From Chiloscyllium plagiosum (Eukaryota), in contig NC_057719.1 of assembly GCF_004010195.1 (NCBI RefSeq), positions 23,732,313 through 23,796,312 on the forward strand: DNA of 64,000 nt. The letters are read 5' to 3'. Positions 1-12,581 of the stretch are shown here, piece after piece. Position 1 is the first letter of the stretch. The number at the start of each line of letters is the position of its first letter. The notes under the pieces were generated by a model that worked only from the letters and a program-made list of their open reading frames with translations, had not been told where the DNA came from and did not search any database. The translations under genes and the position numbers were made by a program.

Positions 1-1336
1 TTCTTGTACTCAGAAACTGAAAATATTTGAATGCTAAAGCCAACAAAAATTAAGCTCTTTACGATATATTTTAAGCCTAATTTTAAGTACATTTATTATT
101 ATTTCTAGTCTCATAAAATCCTTTTAAGTCAATGTTGAAGATTACCTTATGAAAGGATGTTTTATGTTCAACAATAATAATGGAGGAATCAGATGCAAGA
201 CTTCAGCATATTAACACTGACTATTTAAAGTGCGGGCATAGAACAAAGCTAAGTTTAGAAAATCACCTGACAAAGGTGATATGTCTGGATTTCTCCCCAC
301 CTCCTTCCCCACTTAGTAAGGTCATCACTGACAACAAAGCCTAGAAGGTTATGCTTTGTATTACTTTGTGCTGAATTCTGCAACATCTCCACCATTTGCA
401 GTTTTTTGCTTTCCTGCTTGCTGCTTCTTTTTTGCCTCTCTATTTCTCTTTTATGCCTCATTCTTACATCCATCTTTATTTAATGATAGTGCACATCACA
501 TGTATTATTCATTATGCCTAATCTTACAGACAAGGGAACAGAAGATGTTACTTAACTTCACTCATAAACATTTCACAATATTTTTAGTATGCACTTGAAT
601 TCCATGAGGTTGACCCATCTACTGCTGTAAACATAAATCCTTTTGGTTCTTTCTGTCATTATCTGCTGACAAAATAATTTAATATATCCTTGGCTACTGA
701 ATACCCATCCAATTTGCTTACATTATGTATCGTGTTTGTTCCTGTTCATTTCAAGCAAGACATCACGGAATACAAGTCTTCTCGAACAGATGTATAAAAG
801 CATTGACATCCCATAACCTAACCCTATTCCATTGAAATTGTGCCACTGATTGTTGTATTGAAGACCTTAGCTGGGTTGATTAAAGCTTCAATTCTCATCT
901 CTGCAAAATAATAGCTCAGAAATCTGGCTTTGCCCTCAATCATCACAGGTGCATTCACAAAGGTAAATAGATACTTTTTACATATTTCTGCACAATACTG
1001 TTAATCTAGCAAATTACAATTTACAAACTAGTTTATTGAAAACAACCCTGGCCTCATTTTGGAATTCAGTTTATTCTGCTCATTGCTATAATACAAGTTT
1101 GCTCCTTTCAGTGTGTTAATTATACACAACACAGATAAAGGATGAAAACAGAGTCACCGGCAATGTTCCCACTAATGTTTTAAGTTTAGTATGCAGGCAA
1201 CTGTTTGAGTGCATGATTCCTTTAAATTGGTTAAATGGCACATCGTGGATAAATGGTAATTTAAAGGTGCTTGGTGTGTGTTTTCTCTCCAGCAGGCTAT
1301 TTTATCTGATGTGATAATCCCATGCTATTCCCAAGC

Positions 1337-3138
1337 TTTAGCGGATAGGATTAACAAAACCCCTAAGACATTATACACTTATGTGAAGAACAAGAGGGTG
1401 GTCAGAGTGAGGGTAGGGCCAATCAGGGATAGGGGAGGGAACTTGTGCCTGGAGTCGAAGTAAGTAGAGGAGGTCCTTAATGAATACTTTGCTCTAGTAT
1501 TCACTAGAGAGAGGGACCTTATCATTTGTGAGGACAGAGTGAAACAGAGGTGCTAGAACAGGTTGATGTGAGGAAGGTGGATGTGTTGAAAATTTTGAAA
1601 AGCATAAGGATAGATAAATACCCCGGGCTAGGTGGCATATACCCCAGGATACTACAGGAAGCAAGGGAAGAGATTGCTGTGCCATTGGCAATGATGTTTG
1701 CATCCACTCTGTCCACTGGAGAGATAATTTGAGGTGGCAAATATTGTTCCCTTTTTTAAGAAAGGGAACAGAGATAAACCTGGGAATTACAGACCAGTCA
1801 ATCTTATCAGTGATGGGCAAATAATATTGGCCAGGATTCTGAGAGACAGGATTTATGATTACTTGCAAAACCAGTTTGATTAGAAATAGTCAGCATGGCT
1901 TTGTGAGGGGCAGGTCATGCCTCACAAACCTTATTGAATTCTTTGAGGAGGTGACAAAACACATTGGTGAAGGTAGAGCAGTGGATATGGTGTATATGGA
2001 TTTTAGCGAGGTATTCAATAAAGTTCCCCATTCAGAAAGCAAGGAAGCATGGAATACAGGGAAATCTATCTGTCCGGATACAGAATTGGCTGGCCTATAG
2101 AAGACAGAAAGTAGCAGTAGATGAAAAGTATTCGGCGTAGAGCTTGGTGACCAGTGGTGTTCGGCACGGATCTGTTCTGGGACCTATGCTCTTTGTGATT
2201 TTTATAAATGACTTGGACGAGGAAGCGGAAGGGTGGGTTGGTAAATTTACCGATGACACAAAGGTTGGTGGAGTTGTGAACAGTGTGGAGGGCTGTTGTA
2301 GTTTGTAACGGGACATTGACAGAATGCAGAACTGGGCGGATAAGTGGCAGATGGAGTTCAACCTGGAGAAGTTGGAAAGTCAAATTTGAATGCAGAATAC
2401 AGAGTTAAAGACAAGACTTTTGGCAGTGTGGAGGAACAAAGGGATCTTGGAGTCCATGTCCATAGATTCCTTAAAGTTGCCATCCAGGTTGATAAGGTTG
2501 CTAAGAAGGCGTATGGTGTATGGCTTTTATTAACAAAGGGATTGAGTTTAAGAGCTGTAAGGTTATGCTGCAGCTCTATAGAGCCTCGTTAGACCACACT
2601 TGGAATGTTGTGTTCAGTTCTGGTCGCCTTGTTATAAGAATAATGTGAAAGCTTTCAAGAGGATGCAGAGGAGATTTACCAGGATGCTGCCTGGACTGGA
2701 GGGCATGTCTTATGAAGAAAGGTTGAGGGAGCTAGGGCTTTTCTCATTGGAGCGAAGAAGGATGAGAGGTGACATGATACATGTATATACGATGTTGAGA
2801 GGCATAGATAGTTTGGATAGCCAGAGACTTTTTTCCATGGTAGAAATGGCTATCACAAGGGGGCACAATTTTAAGGTGATTGGAGGAAGATTTAGGGGAG
2901 ATGTCACAGGTAGGTTCTTTACACAGAGAGTGGTGGGTGTGTGGAATGCACTGCTAGCAGTGGTAGTAGCGTCAGATACATTAGGAACAGTTAAGCGATT
3001 CTTGGATAGGCACATGGAAAATGGCACAATGAAGGGTATGTAGGTTAGTCTGATCTTAGAGTAGAATAAAAGGCCAGCACAACATCGAGGGCCGAAGGGC
3101 CTGTACTGTGCTATATTGTTCTATGTTCTATATTCTAT
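1337..3138 (+). mobile_element. CR1-type LINE, 5'-truncated, degenerate ORF2 (RT) plus 3' UTR
   Basis: Frameshifted RT peptides SQHGFVRGRSCLTNLIEFFEEVT, VYMDFS, KFTDDTKVGG, QRRFTRMLPGL, FFTQRVVGVWN; ends in a (ctatgtt)n-like tail. Confidence 0.93.
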
Positions 3139-5132
3139 CTTTTTATTCAATGAATATACCTGGTTTTATCTAAAAGGCTCTAATGCATTTAAATAGTGAG
3201 TGATTGCTTGTATGATGAATCACAAGTTAAAATTCTTAATCAACCTTTCTACGTGTTCAATTTATTAATTCAGTAACTTGAATGCATGAAGTATGAGGAT
3301 GCTTTTATTCATCAGAGCACATTATTCGGAATCTCAGCACTGCATTACATGACCTGAAACCTGAATTCCATTTGACTATAACTGCAATGGTAATTATATG
3401 ACTTGCTGTCTTCATCACCAAACCCATGTCCCCCTCAACAGCTTACACCTCTCGCCCCCAATCTTAATTTAGGACCAAAACTGGTGCTGGTACTGGTATA
3501 ATTGCTTCAAAAATTGCAAGTCTTGTTGAAAAGGCTCTTCCAGTCAATGAGTTCAGAATTCTCAGTTCTGCCACAAGTTTGAATCTAAAGCATCACTTTT
3601 TGGGGGTTAGGAATTCTGCTTTGCAATAGTATCATAAAAACAGTTAAAACACTTATCCATTACTTAGCAGAGGTGGCAACCAATTAAAAAGAAATAGCGT
3701 GCTTCTCTCAAAGCTATTCCAAACGAATGAAGCTAAAGCTTTTACATTGATATACAACATAATTTTCTAACCGAGACTACTTGGTCATACGAGTTAGTAA
3801 ATATCAAGGATTTGCAGATTAAAAAGATGAAACTCGAACTCAACACTTCCTTTCTTTATCAACACCCACTTCCAATTCAATGGCATAATATTGTTTCTAC
3901 TTGTACTTAATTAAATACAGTTTTCCTTTTGGAGACTGATAGCCTCAACAGAAGCATTTGATGTGTTCAAGCCTGACAATGTACTGCAGACTACAAGTTA
4001 TGCTAATGAGAATGCTTCACTACCAAGGCAGCTTTGTGCAATACAGTGTGATATGTGTCACCATGGTTTTAACACAGTGGCTACTGAGAAAACTTCAGTC
4101 CATAAAATCATTTAGAATTAGCTTTGACACTTCTTTTAAGCAAAAACTTTATCATTTTAATCATAGACTGAGGATTTCTGGATTGCTTTTCAGAGCTCCT
4201 TTGCAATCATTTTGTTGCAATGCTTAAGAAGTAGAATTTATGGCCTAAATTGGTTGAATCATTAGTTTTGTGTCAACAACAAATTCAATTTGCCAATTAG
4301 GAATAATACTTGTAAAATGAATCTTTGCATAACGCAAAAGGGAAAATAAGTAATATATGTACAGTTTTTCATGTCTCTTGTTTTTAGCAGGGTGTTAGGA
4401 ATGGGGCTGTCGAGTAAGATAATTTCTTCATTGAAAATAACTGAAGACACAAATATTCAAGGACAGGAATTTTGCTTCTCAGTATTAATTAAATTTACAT
4501 TTATATTTACACTGAAGGCCAGTAATCTCTGGAATGTAAAGCTGTTGTAGTAGTACTGGATACTTTGTCACTAAAATAAAAATGTATTTGTAGATCTTAG
4601 CCGAAAGCTGTTTAAAAAGGAAACTGACTATTCTGGAGATATCAGTTGTATTGCTTGGTGCTTTTCAATGATAGTTGAAATTATATACCAGCTAACACTT
4701 GGTCAACTAAAAACTGTATTATATGTTGAAAGAGAGATTCTGGAATATGCTGAACATCTCTCATGACTTGGTCTTTCAAAAGACCATCATTGATGAGGAG
4801 ATCCAATACTCTAGCAGCTGCCTGAATTCAACCTTCTATAAACTATGGCAGTATGCTTTTGACAGAAACACCTCCAACAGTCAACGACAGTCTAAGTGTA
4901 CAGAACAGCTAATGTCACCTTGCTTCGATATGACAGTGAAACTTAGTAACAGCTATACATAAGAGTGATAGAGAAATTCTCTCTGACTCTGTTCATGGAA
5001 GAATGCCAGTGTTCTTCTTAATGCTAGCTCCATGAGCAGTCAGGCAACACCCCAATAAAATCAGTTTCATTGCTCTGGTCACTGTGTCCCACTAGATCCT
5101 GCACTAATGATTAACATTCCAGGTGAAGATAT

Positions 5133-5183
5133 GGGTTAGGGTTAGGGTTAGAGTTAAAATTGGGGTGAGGGTTAGGGCTAAGG
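5133..5183 (+). repeat. Short degenerate (TTAGGG)n telomere-like tract
   Basis: gggttagggttagggttagagtt...gagggttagggctaagg. Confidence 0.6.
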
Positions 5184-5189
5184 ATAGAA

Positions 5190-6180
5190 ACAGTAAAATC
5201 AGGAGCAGGGTTGTCCATTTATCTCAATGTCATAATCCTGCTTTCTCCCATACCTTTTTATGCCTTCAAAATGTAAAAATACATCTGCCTCTATTCTTGA
5301 CTATATTCAGTGATATGGCCTTGTCAGCCTTGTGTGGTCCTGGACTCCCCATCCACCGAAAACATCCTCACTGCATTTACTCTGTCCAGCTGTGTTAGAA
5401 TTTTACATGTTTCAATCAGATCCCCTCTCACCCATCTAAACTAGAGTGAAAACAGGCCAGTTGAAGAAATCTTTCCTCACAGGACAGTCCTGGCTCAGTA
5501 GTATCAGGCTAGTGAATCTTCACTGCACTCCCTCTATGGTAAATATATCCTTCCTGAGGTAGGAACACAAAAAGTGCATGCAATGCTTCAGGTGTGGTCT
5601 CACCAATGCCCTGTAAAGGTGCAGTAAGATGCCACTACTTCTGAACTGAAACCCTTGCAATGAAAGCCAATATACTACTTACTTCCCTAATTGCTTGCTG
5701 CTCCTACTTGTTTGCTTTCATTGACTGGTGTACAAGAACACCCAAAACTCTTTGTACACCCACACTCTCTAATGTATCAACATTCAAAAATATTCTTCCT
5801 TTCTGTTTTTCACACTGTGTACAACTTTGCATTTAGCTACATTATACTACATTTGTCACATGTTCTCACTCAACTTCTTTAAATCACCAAGAAACATTCT
5901 TGCATCCTTCTCACAACACACAATTACATCTAGTTTTGTATTATCAGCAAACTTGTATTTTGTTTCTTCATCCAAGTTATTTAAAAATATTGTGAATTGA
6001 TTGGGCCGAAGCACTATGGTATTCTACTAGTCACCTTTGCCACTCAGAAAAATATTTGTAACTCCCATTCTCTGTTTCCAGTCTCTCATCCAATTCTCAA
6101 TACTAACATATAACTCTCTATCCCATGTGCATTGTCACTAACTGCTTGTGTGGGACCTTATAAAAATCCTTCAAAAATCC
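5190..6180 (-). mobile_element. Old CR1-type LINE 3' fragment
   Basis: Degenerate reverse-complement similarity to the CR1 copies elsewhere in the window (atcagatcccctctca, caggtgtggtctcacc, tatcagcaaactt). Confidence 0.7.
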
Positions 6181-6229
6181 AACAAAACAGGGAAATCCGT
6201 GACATTCACATCGGCATTGTGGTCAATCT

Positions 6230-6905
6230 GGGCCTCTTGGCTCTAGACCTCATTACAAGCATAGTTCAAATGTGAGGGTAAGAATTGAGCTCAAAACGTG
6301 AGATGAGCGTAACTGCCCTTGAAATTAAGGCAGCATTTGACTAAACGTGGCATCAAACAGCCCCCAACAATATCACTACCGATTGAAAAGATGTGGAAAA
6401 CTCTCCATGGGTTGGAGTTGTACTGGAAAATGACAGTGGTTATAGGAGGTCAATCATCTTGATCCAGGATAGATATGAAAGAGCTCCTCAGGCCAGTGTC
6501 CTAGGCCCAACCTCCTCAACTGCCTCATCAAAATCTTTCACTCCATTGTTATAATCTCCATTGGGGATTATAATTTTTCAGAAGATAATTGAATTTCCTG
6601 ACTGACTGGAAGAATCACACAAGAAGATTTAAACAGTGGGGTGCATCTTCTGACTTTTCCACCATGGTAACCTAAAGGCAAGGGCACACTGATCAAATGA
6701 AGTGCATGACCTTTCTTTTCCACCAAGGCTTGCTCATAGACCAATTGAAGCCCTTAAGTGGCCAATTAGTGTGAGTGCATCAACATGAGATGGAGTGCAG
6801 TGGTTCAAGTAGTTGCTTCACCACCACCTTCTCAAGGGCAATTAAAATGGGTTACAAATGTTAGCTTCTGAGAGGTTCTCACATCACAAAAAAGAATTTT
6901 TAAAA
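6230..6905 (+). mobile_element. Old CR1/L2-type LINE fragments (RT piece about 6230-6540, 3' tail about 6795-6905)
   Basis: aaggcagcatttgac..gtggcatc and cctcaggccagtgtcctaggccc ([12 protein letters not shown]); tail caccaccaccttctcaagggcaatt matches the LINE at 18655-19770. Confidence 0.65.
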
Positions 6906-7300
6906 AGCAATAAAATCCCTTTCAATTGGCTGAATCATTTTTTTCTCAGTCTAGACTGCTTTAACTGTTATTTTTAATGGAATATGTGGTATTATCCTTA
7001 CCAATGAATGCTGAGAGGAAATGTGTTCTGAATTTCAGAACGAAGCTGACAGCTCATTTTTATCAAATGCCTCCAGTAATAACATTTACATTGCTGCTCT
7101 CCAAATTCACATAGTACTCTGAAATCTCTGTTACTATAACTGTTTTTTTCCCTTAAAAGGTCAAGTTGATGTGGCTGTCCTCTGGTTGTTTTGCTCCCAG
7201 GTTAACCAGGTCTATGAGCAAGCCTTGGTGGAAAAGAAAGGTCATGCACTTCATTTGATCAGTGTGCCCTTGCCTTTAGGTTACCATGGTGGAAAAGTCT

Positions 7301-7350
7301 GGGCGGCACGGTGGCACAGTGGTTGGCACTGCTGCCTCGCAGCGCCAGAG
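7301..7350 (+). mobile_element. 5' head only of an HE1-type (V-SINE) tRNA-derived SINE
   Basis: gggcggcacggtggcacagtggttggcactgctgcctcgcagcgccagag, near-identical to the head of the copy at 34389. Confidence 0.85.
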
Positions 7351-9013
7351 TTACTATAACTGTTTTTTTCCCTTAAAAGGTCAAGTTGATGTGGCTGTCC
7401 TCTGGTTGTTTTGCTCCCAGGTTAACCAGGTAGAGAGATTACACTAGCGTGTATTCAGCTTAAATGAATAAACACAGTAAAATGCAGCAAAGACAGACAA
7501 TGTAGAGATCTGGTCTGAAAGAATTTTCAGCCTATTTACAATAATATTATAGTTCTGTAAGTAAGCAACTGGGTTGATAAAACCCCAAAGACACTTTGTG
7601 TTATCAATTCTGTCATTGTGGAGAACAACTGCTCTAAGTCACGTCTGACTACCAGAATCTAGCAAAAACAAGCTGAGCATTATCCAAATAATATCAGCAG
7701 AAAGCAAGTACACTCACTTCCAAGATATCTGTATCAGAATTTTCAAGCGCAACAACATTCTAGTTGCTGACAAGTTACAGAATATATGGTAAAAAACTTT
7801 ATATTACAATAAAGATGATAACATTTACCAATAATAAAAAGGTTATTAGAAAATGTAGTAAAGAAGCTAAAATATTTAATTCCAGAGAAACATTTTTCTG
7901 AGAGTGTTCTTTCTACCACCTGTAACATATGTGGCAGCATTAAAATTAATGAAAATTCTTAACATGTTATTGTTGTGTATAAAGTCATAATCATACAAAA
8001 TCATATGAATTTGTATCAAGCGAAGTCATTGAAGCTAAAGGCTGATTTCAAGGGCAGCCTTTAGCTTTCTGTCATCTCAAGTCTACTGAACCCTTTAAAC
8101 CAAATCAGTAAAATTTCTGCTTAAAACGTCTACCACTCTGAAACATAGCATTGTCCTTTGCAACAGTGCAAACAATTGTCCTAAATTCTCAATTTATGTC
8201 AGTTCTAAACAGGCTGCAATTTTATAACAGGTCATGACATTATACTTCTGAAATTTTATGATAATTTGTTTCAGTAGGTTTTTTTTATCAAGACCTAAGA
8301 TGGAATTTTCACACTTCTGTATGCATCATTGTGGCAATAGAATGAATTAGCTATTGGAACACTTGCACAATTGTTTCTTTTGGGGGTGAAATTGACTTAG
8401 GATGGTCTATTCTGCAAAAGTAAACAAGGGGGACAATTGCACAAGCTCATGGAGACTCATCTGCAAGGAGTTTAAAAATCAGAAATCACATCCCTGTTTC
8501 CATCACAGTCAGCGTGTTTTCAAATTCAGCACAGGATCTCTGATAGATTCAGTTAGATGGAAGTCTGCTGAAGTCATAACTATATTTAAATCATCAATGT
8601 AGGTCTTTTCTGACTGAGAGACACAAAGGATTCTAATTGGACTGTTTCAGTGTTATGAAACAATACAGACAGTATATTAACTTGAGAGTACTTCTCAGAG
8701 CAATGTTCTGTGAAAGAATGATGGAACAAACACTGTTAATTGCTTCAATTTAGTATAGACATAAGGAGTTCTCACAGATTAGAATAGTTGTGTGGTTTAC
8801 AACAACTGTGAGATTCCCTTTATGGTAAATGCATTGTTTTATTAAATCTATTGCTAAGTGTTTATGTTACTGTGTTGTTTAAACTATTACATTTTAAGTG
8901 CTCCATATTTTGTTTGTCAAGAAATAATCTCAATCTTACCTGTGTATTTTCTAATTATCTTTTTCATTTTCACCTATTCCATTGCAAAACCTGAGTCAGT
9001 CCTTGATTCATGA

Positions 9014-9320
9014 GGACACCATGGTGGCTCAATTGTTAGCACTGCTGCCTCACAGTCCCAGGAACATCCTCAGGCAACTTTCTGTGTAGAGTTTGCACAT
9101 TCTCTCCATATCTGCATGAGTTTCCTCCAGGTGCTCCAGCTTCCTCCTACAGCCAAAAGATGTGCATGCTAAGTTGTCCATAGTGTCCAGGGATGTGTAG
9201 GCCAGGTGGATTAGCCATGGAAATACAGGGTTGTCAGGTAGGGGGGATGGGATGCTTTCAGAGGATCGATGTGGACTCTATGGGCCAATCAGCCTGCTTC
9301 CACACTGTAGGGATTCTATA
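9014..9320 (+). mobile_element. HE1/V-SINE-type SINE, diverged
   Basis: tRNA-like head, V-domain core gagtttgcacattctc...gtttcctccaggtgctcc, CR1-like tail cacactgtagggattcta. Confidence 0.85.
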
Positions 9321-9434
9321 ATTTCTCCATAATCTTTTCTTGATTTTATTAAGAGTTCACTTAAATTATACACAGATTTATGATTGGCTTATTATATTGG
9401 TTATTGAGCTTATTTCAAATTTATCAAGCATTTA

Positions 9435-10513
9435 TCAAACAAATACCTCTGCCAACCATCCAACCCAATCTTTGGGTCCACTACCTGGATGACACCTTTG
9501 TTCCAAATTAGAGGAAACCTTCAAGACCATCAATAATACCCTTACTGACATAAAATTCACGAAAGAGGAGGAAAACAACAACAAACTGCCATTCCTAGAA
9601 CTTCGAACCAGTGCCTACAGGAAAACAACACATACAGCCCAGAAACTGAACTACAGAAGCAATCATCCCAACACTCACAAATGAAGCTACATCAGAACAT
9701 TATTCCAACAAGCCATCACATACTGCAGCATAGAGGAACTGCGCAGAGCAGAGGAAAATCATCTATACAGTGTATTCGAAAGAACGGACACCCAATGAAC
9801 ACAGTCCGCAGATTTCTCAGCGACAAACCCAACAAGCAGACAAAACATGTCCAGAAACCCTAGCCACTCTCCCTACATCAAAGACATCTCAGAAATGACT
9901 GCCAGACTACTCAGACCCCTTGGCATCAAGGTAGTCCACAAACCCACCAATACACTGAAAAAGCAGCTAATGAACTTTAAAGACCCTATATAGACTTTAA
10001 GTAAAACTAATGTCATTTACAAAATACCGTGCAAGAACTATAACAAACACTACATTGGACAAACAGGCAGAAAACTAGCCACCAGGTTACTTGAATAATT
10101 AATAGCCACAAAATGACATGACCCTCTCTCACTAGTATCCTCACATACAGATGAGGAAGGACACCACTTCGACTGAGACAACACGTCCATCCTAGGACAA
10201 GCCAAACAGAGACATGCACGAGAATTCCTAGAAGCATGGCATTCCAACCGGAAATCTATCAACAAACACATTGACTTGGACCCGATTTACCACCCCCTGA
10301 GAAAAAGAACAGGAAATGATATCACTATAGAAAATGACATCACTACAGGAAATGACATCACCAACGCAAAGAAACCCAAAGATATAAATAGTAAGCAGGA
10401 ATCAACAGCAATGCTTCGTCTGGAGGCTCACTGAAGATGTTACCCAGTATGGTCTGAAAATGAACCCTCCAGCTCAGCGGGCAAGTTGACCTACAAATCT
10501 TCTCAAAACTCGC
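9435..10513 (+). mobile_element. Penelope-like element, 5'-truncated (RT C-terminus, GIY-YIG endonuclease, pLTR)
   Basis: WVHYLDDTF at about 9473; NVIYKIPCKNYNKHYIGQTGRKLATR from 10009; 3' end has CTGAAGA at 10431 (hammerhead 5' half). Confidence 0.9.
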
Positions 10514-10935
10514 TCTCAAGTTACTATTGCATAGCCATGAGGATCAAGGTGTACTGACCTCCCACATTTTTGTCAGGGCACAGGAACTAAGGAATCTGTA
10601 AAATCCTGCCCAATGCTTCAGATCATTGTCTTTTCATCAGAATTTTATTTCCTCTATCTCCTGTTATTTTGAAGAAAATTGCAAAAATGTTATCTCAGAT
10701 TATAAATCTCTTACTTTCAGACTTTAAATTAAAATCCTCTTTTACTGAATTTCAAAATCTTTTTTAATGCTTATTCCATCAGAACCAAGATATTAGCTTT
10801 GCCTTGTATTTTTTTCACAAAGAGAATAAATATTACATTGACTCGTGTTCTGAACATATTTCCTCTATTTAATCATATGACAAACAAGCATTATTCTCTT
10901 GGTTCTGCAAGATCACAAAATCCTCCAATCCATAA

Positions 10936-11125
10936 ATAAATACAGAAAGTGCTGGAGAAATGCATCAGCACTGAAGCACTCTGAATTTTATTCATTTGGA
11001 AGAACAGTAATACGAGACTGAAAATGTTAACCCTGTTTCTCTCTCCACAGATGCTGCCAGAGCTGTTGGGTTCTCCAGCATTTTCTGTCTTTTCTGATTT
11101 CTAGCATCTGCAATATCTTGCTTTT
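10936..11125 (+). mobile_element. Old PLE terminal-repeat fold-back remnant
   Basis: acagaaagtgctggagaa ... ttctccagcattttctgt inverted arms; ends ctagcatctgca like the other pLTRs; decayed hammerhead-like ggaaga...gaaaatgtt. Confidence 0.6.
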
Positions 11126-12581
11126 AACATATCATTTCATACTGTTACAGATGTTTTTAATTTGATACTAACCATCAGTCTCTGAGCTAGATCACTGGAT
11201 AGGATGCCTGGTAAACATTAAAGTTGATTAACGCAGTTTGCATAGAGTGAAACCTTCACTTATCCATAATAATTAGCACTTCTTCTGTACCTCGTGGGAA
11301 TAATTCAAGCTAAATCTGCTGCATCAAGTTTCTATTTGGAGAAAAAGAGCTATCGCCTGATTAATTGCGTTGAGTAACATTTTCATGCTTACTGCATCAC
11401 AATGATCTCAGGTAATGTAATATATGACAGTTTTGATAACTAATGTGTTAGGTGTTCTGGCAGATTCTTAAAAAGTACTAAAAGCTACTTTGTCAGAATC
11501 CCACATGAGGAACGTAAGAATATGGAAATAGGAGCAACAGTAGCTAATTACCGGTTATGCGGAGAAAGCAGGAGAACAGCAATGAGAAACTTATCTGCTA
11601 TGATTGAATGGCAGAGCAGACTCAATGAACCAAATGACCTAATTTCTGCTCCTATGTCTTAGGGTCATTTTTGACTGCATGAGTCTTTCTGTCATTCAAC
11701 CAGATCATGGCTGATTTTCAGTTCTCAGCTCTGAAGTACCTGTCTTATTCAGTTGTGAATGGTGGTAGATAATTAAAAAACTAAAAGGTGAAAGAGGTTC
11801 CACAATTATCCCCATACTCACTGGCGGAAGCAGCAGCTACTTTATCCCACAAGCAATTGTTACTTTATCCCTGAACATTGTTGTTTTATCTCGATAATTC
11901 TCATTGCTTTATCCCCGAACTTTCACTTAATGTTAACATTAAGAGTTATAATTATTTCATGTATTTTGCCATTCAAGATAAAAAATGAAGGGTTCCATGA
12001 ATCACATACTTGTAGATGTTACAAAACATCGCAATGTTTTGCTGCTGACATTATATTATATGAAGTTTAACACAGGCCTTTTAGCGTATACCTAATAAAG
12101 CAAATTACCATTTCTCTGTATTTAAATTAGAGTACTATAGATCTAATACAGTCTGAACAGAAACAATGCCTGAGGGCAAGACTCCAGTTCATCACATTTG
12201 ATCTCCTTAATGGAAATTGGAATGTTACAATATTCATTTGGCAGTCCTTCATGCTGAGGATGTTTTATTGTTTATGGATAGCATTGTTTGACAATGGGTT
12301 CACAAATGGATTCAGAACCAATTCTGAGTCTTATAAACTTTTCCACAGCTGGAATTCACTTGTTGTAAGTTGAGATGAAGAGAATTATTGGCTCAAGCAA
12401 CTGATCTCTTCCCATTTCTCATACTACTCTGTCTCAGCGGCTGTGTCTATTGATTGGAAACTCTTGACACCACTTTTGATGTTGGATTGCCTTTCTGGTC
12501 ATCATGTGAACATGGGGAGGTGGGAATCACTGGCTAGGCCAGCACTTATTGTGCATTCCTAATTCCTCAGAGGGCAGTAAA

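Noticed and set aside
760..830. GYG(D)-like K+ channel filter, with CNBD-like or DEP-like hints at 4681-5050
   Set aside because: Needs assumed frameshifts, has no convincing pore helix or S6, and the resemblance is too short to name a gene
5133..5183. Chromosome fusion scar
   Set aside because: Only a few degenerate single-orientation TTAGGG units
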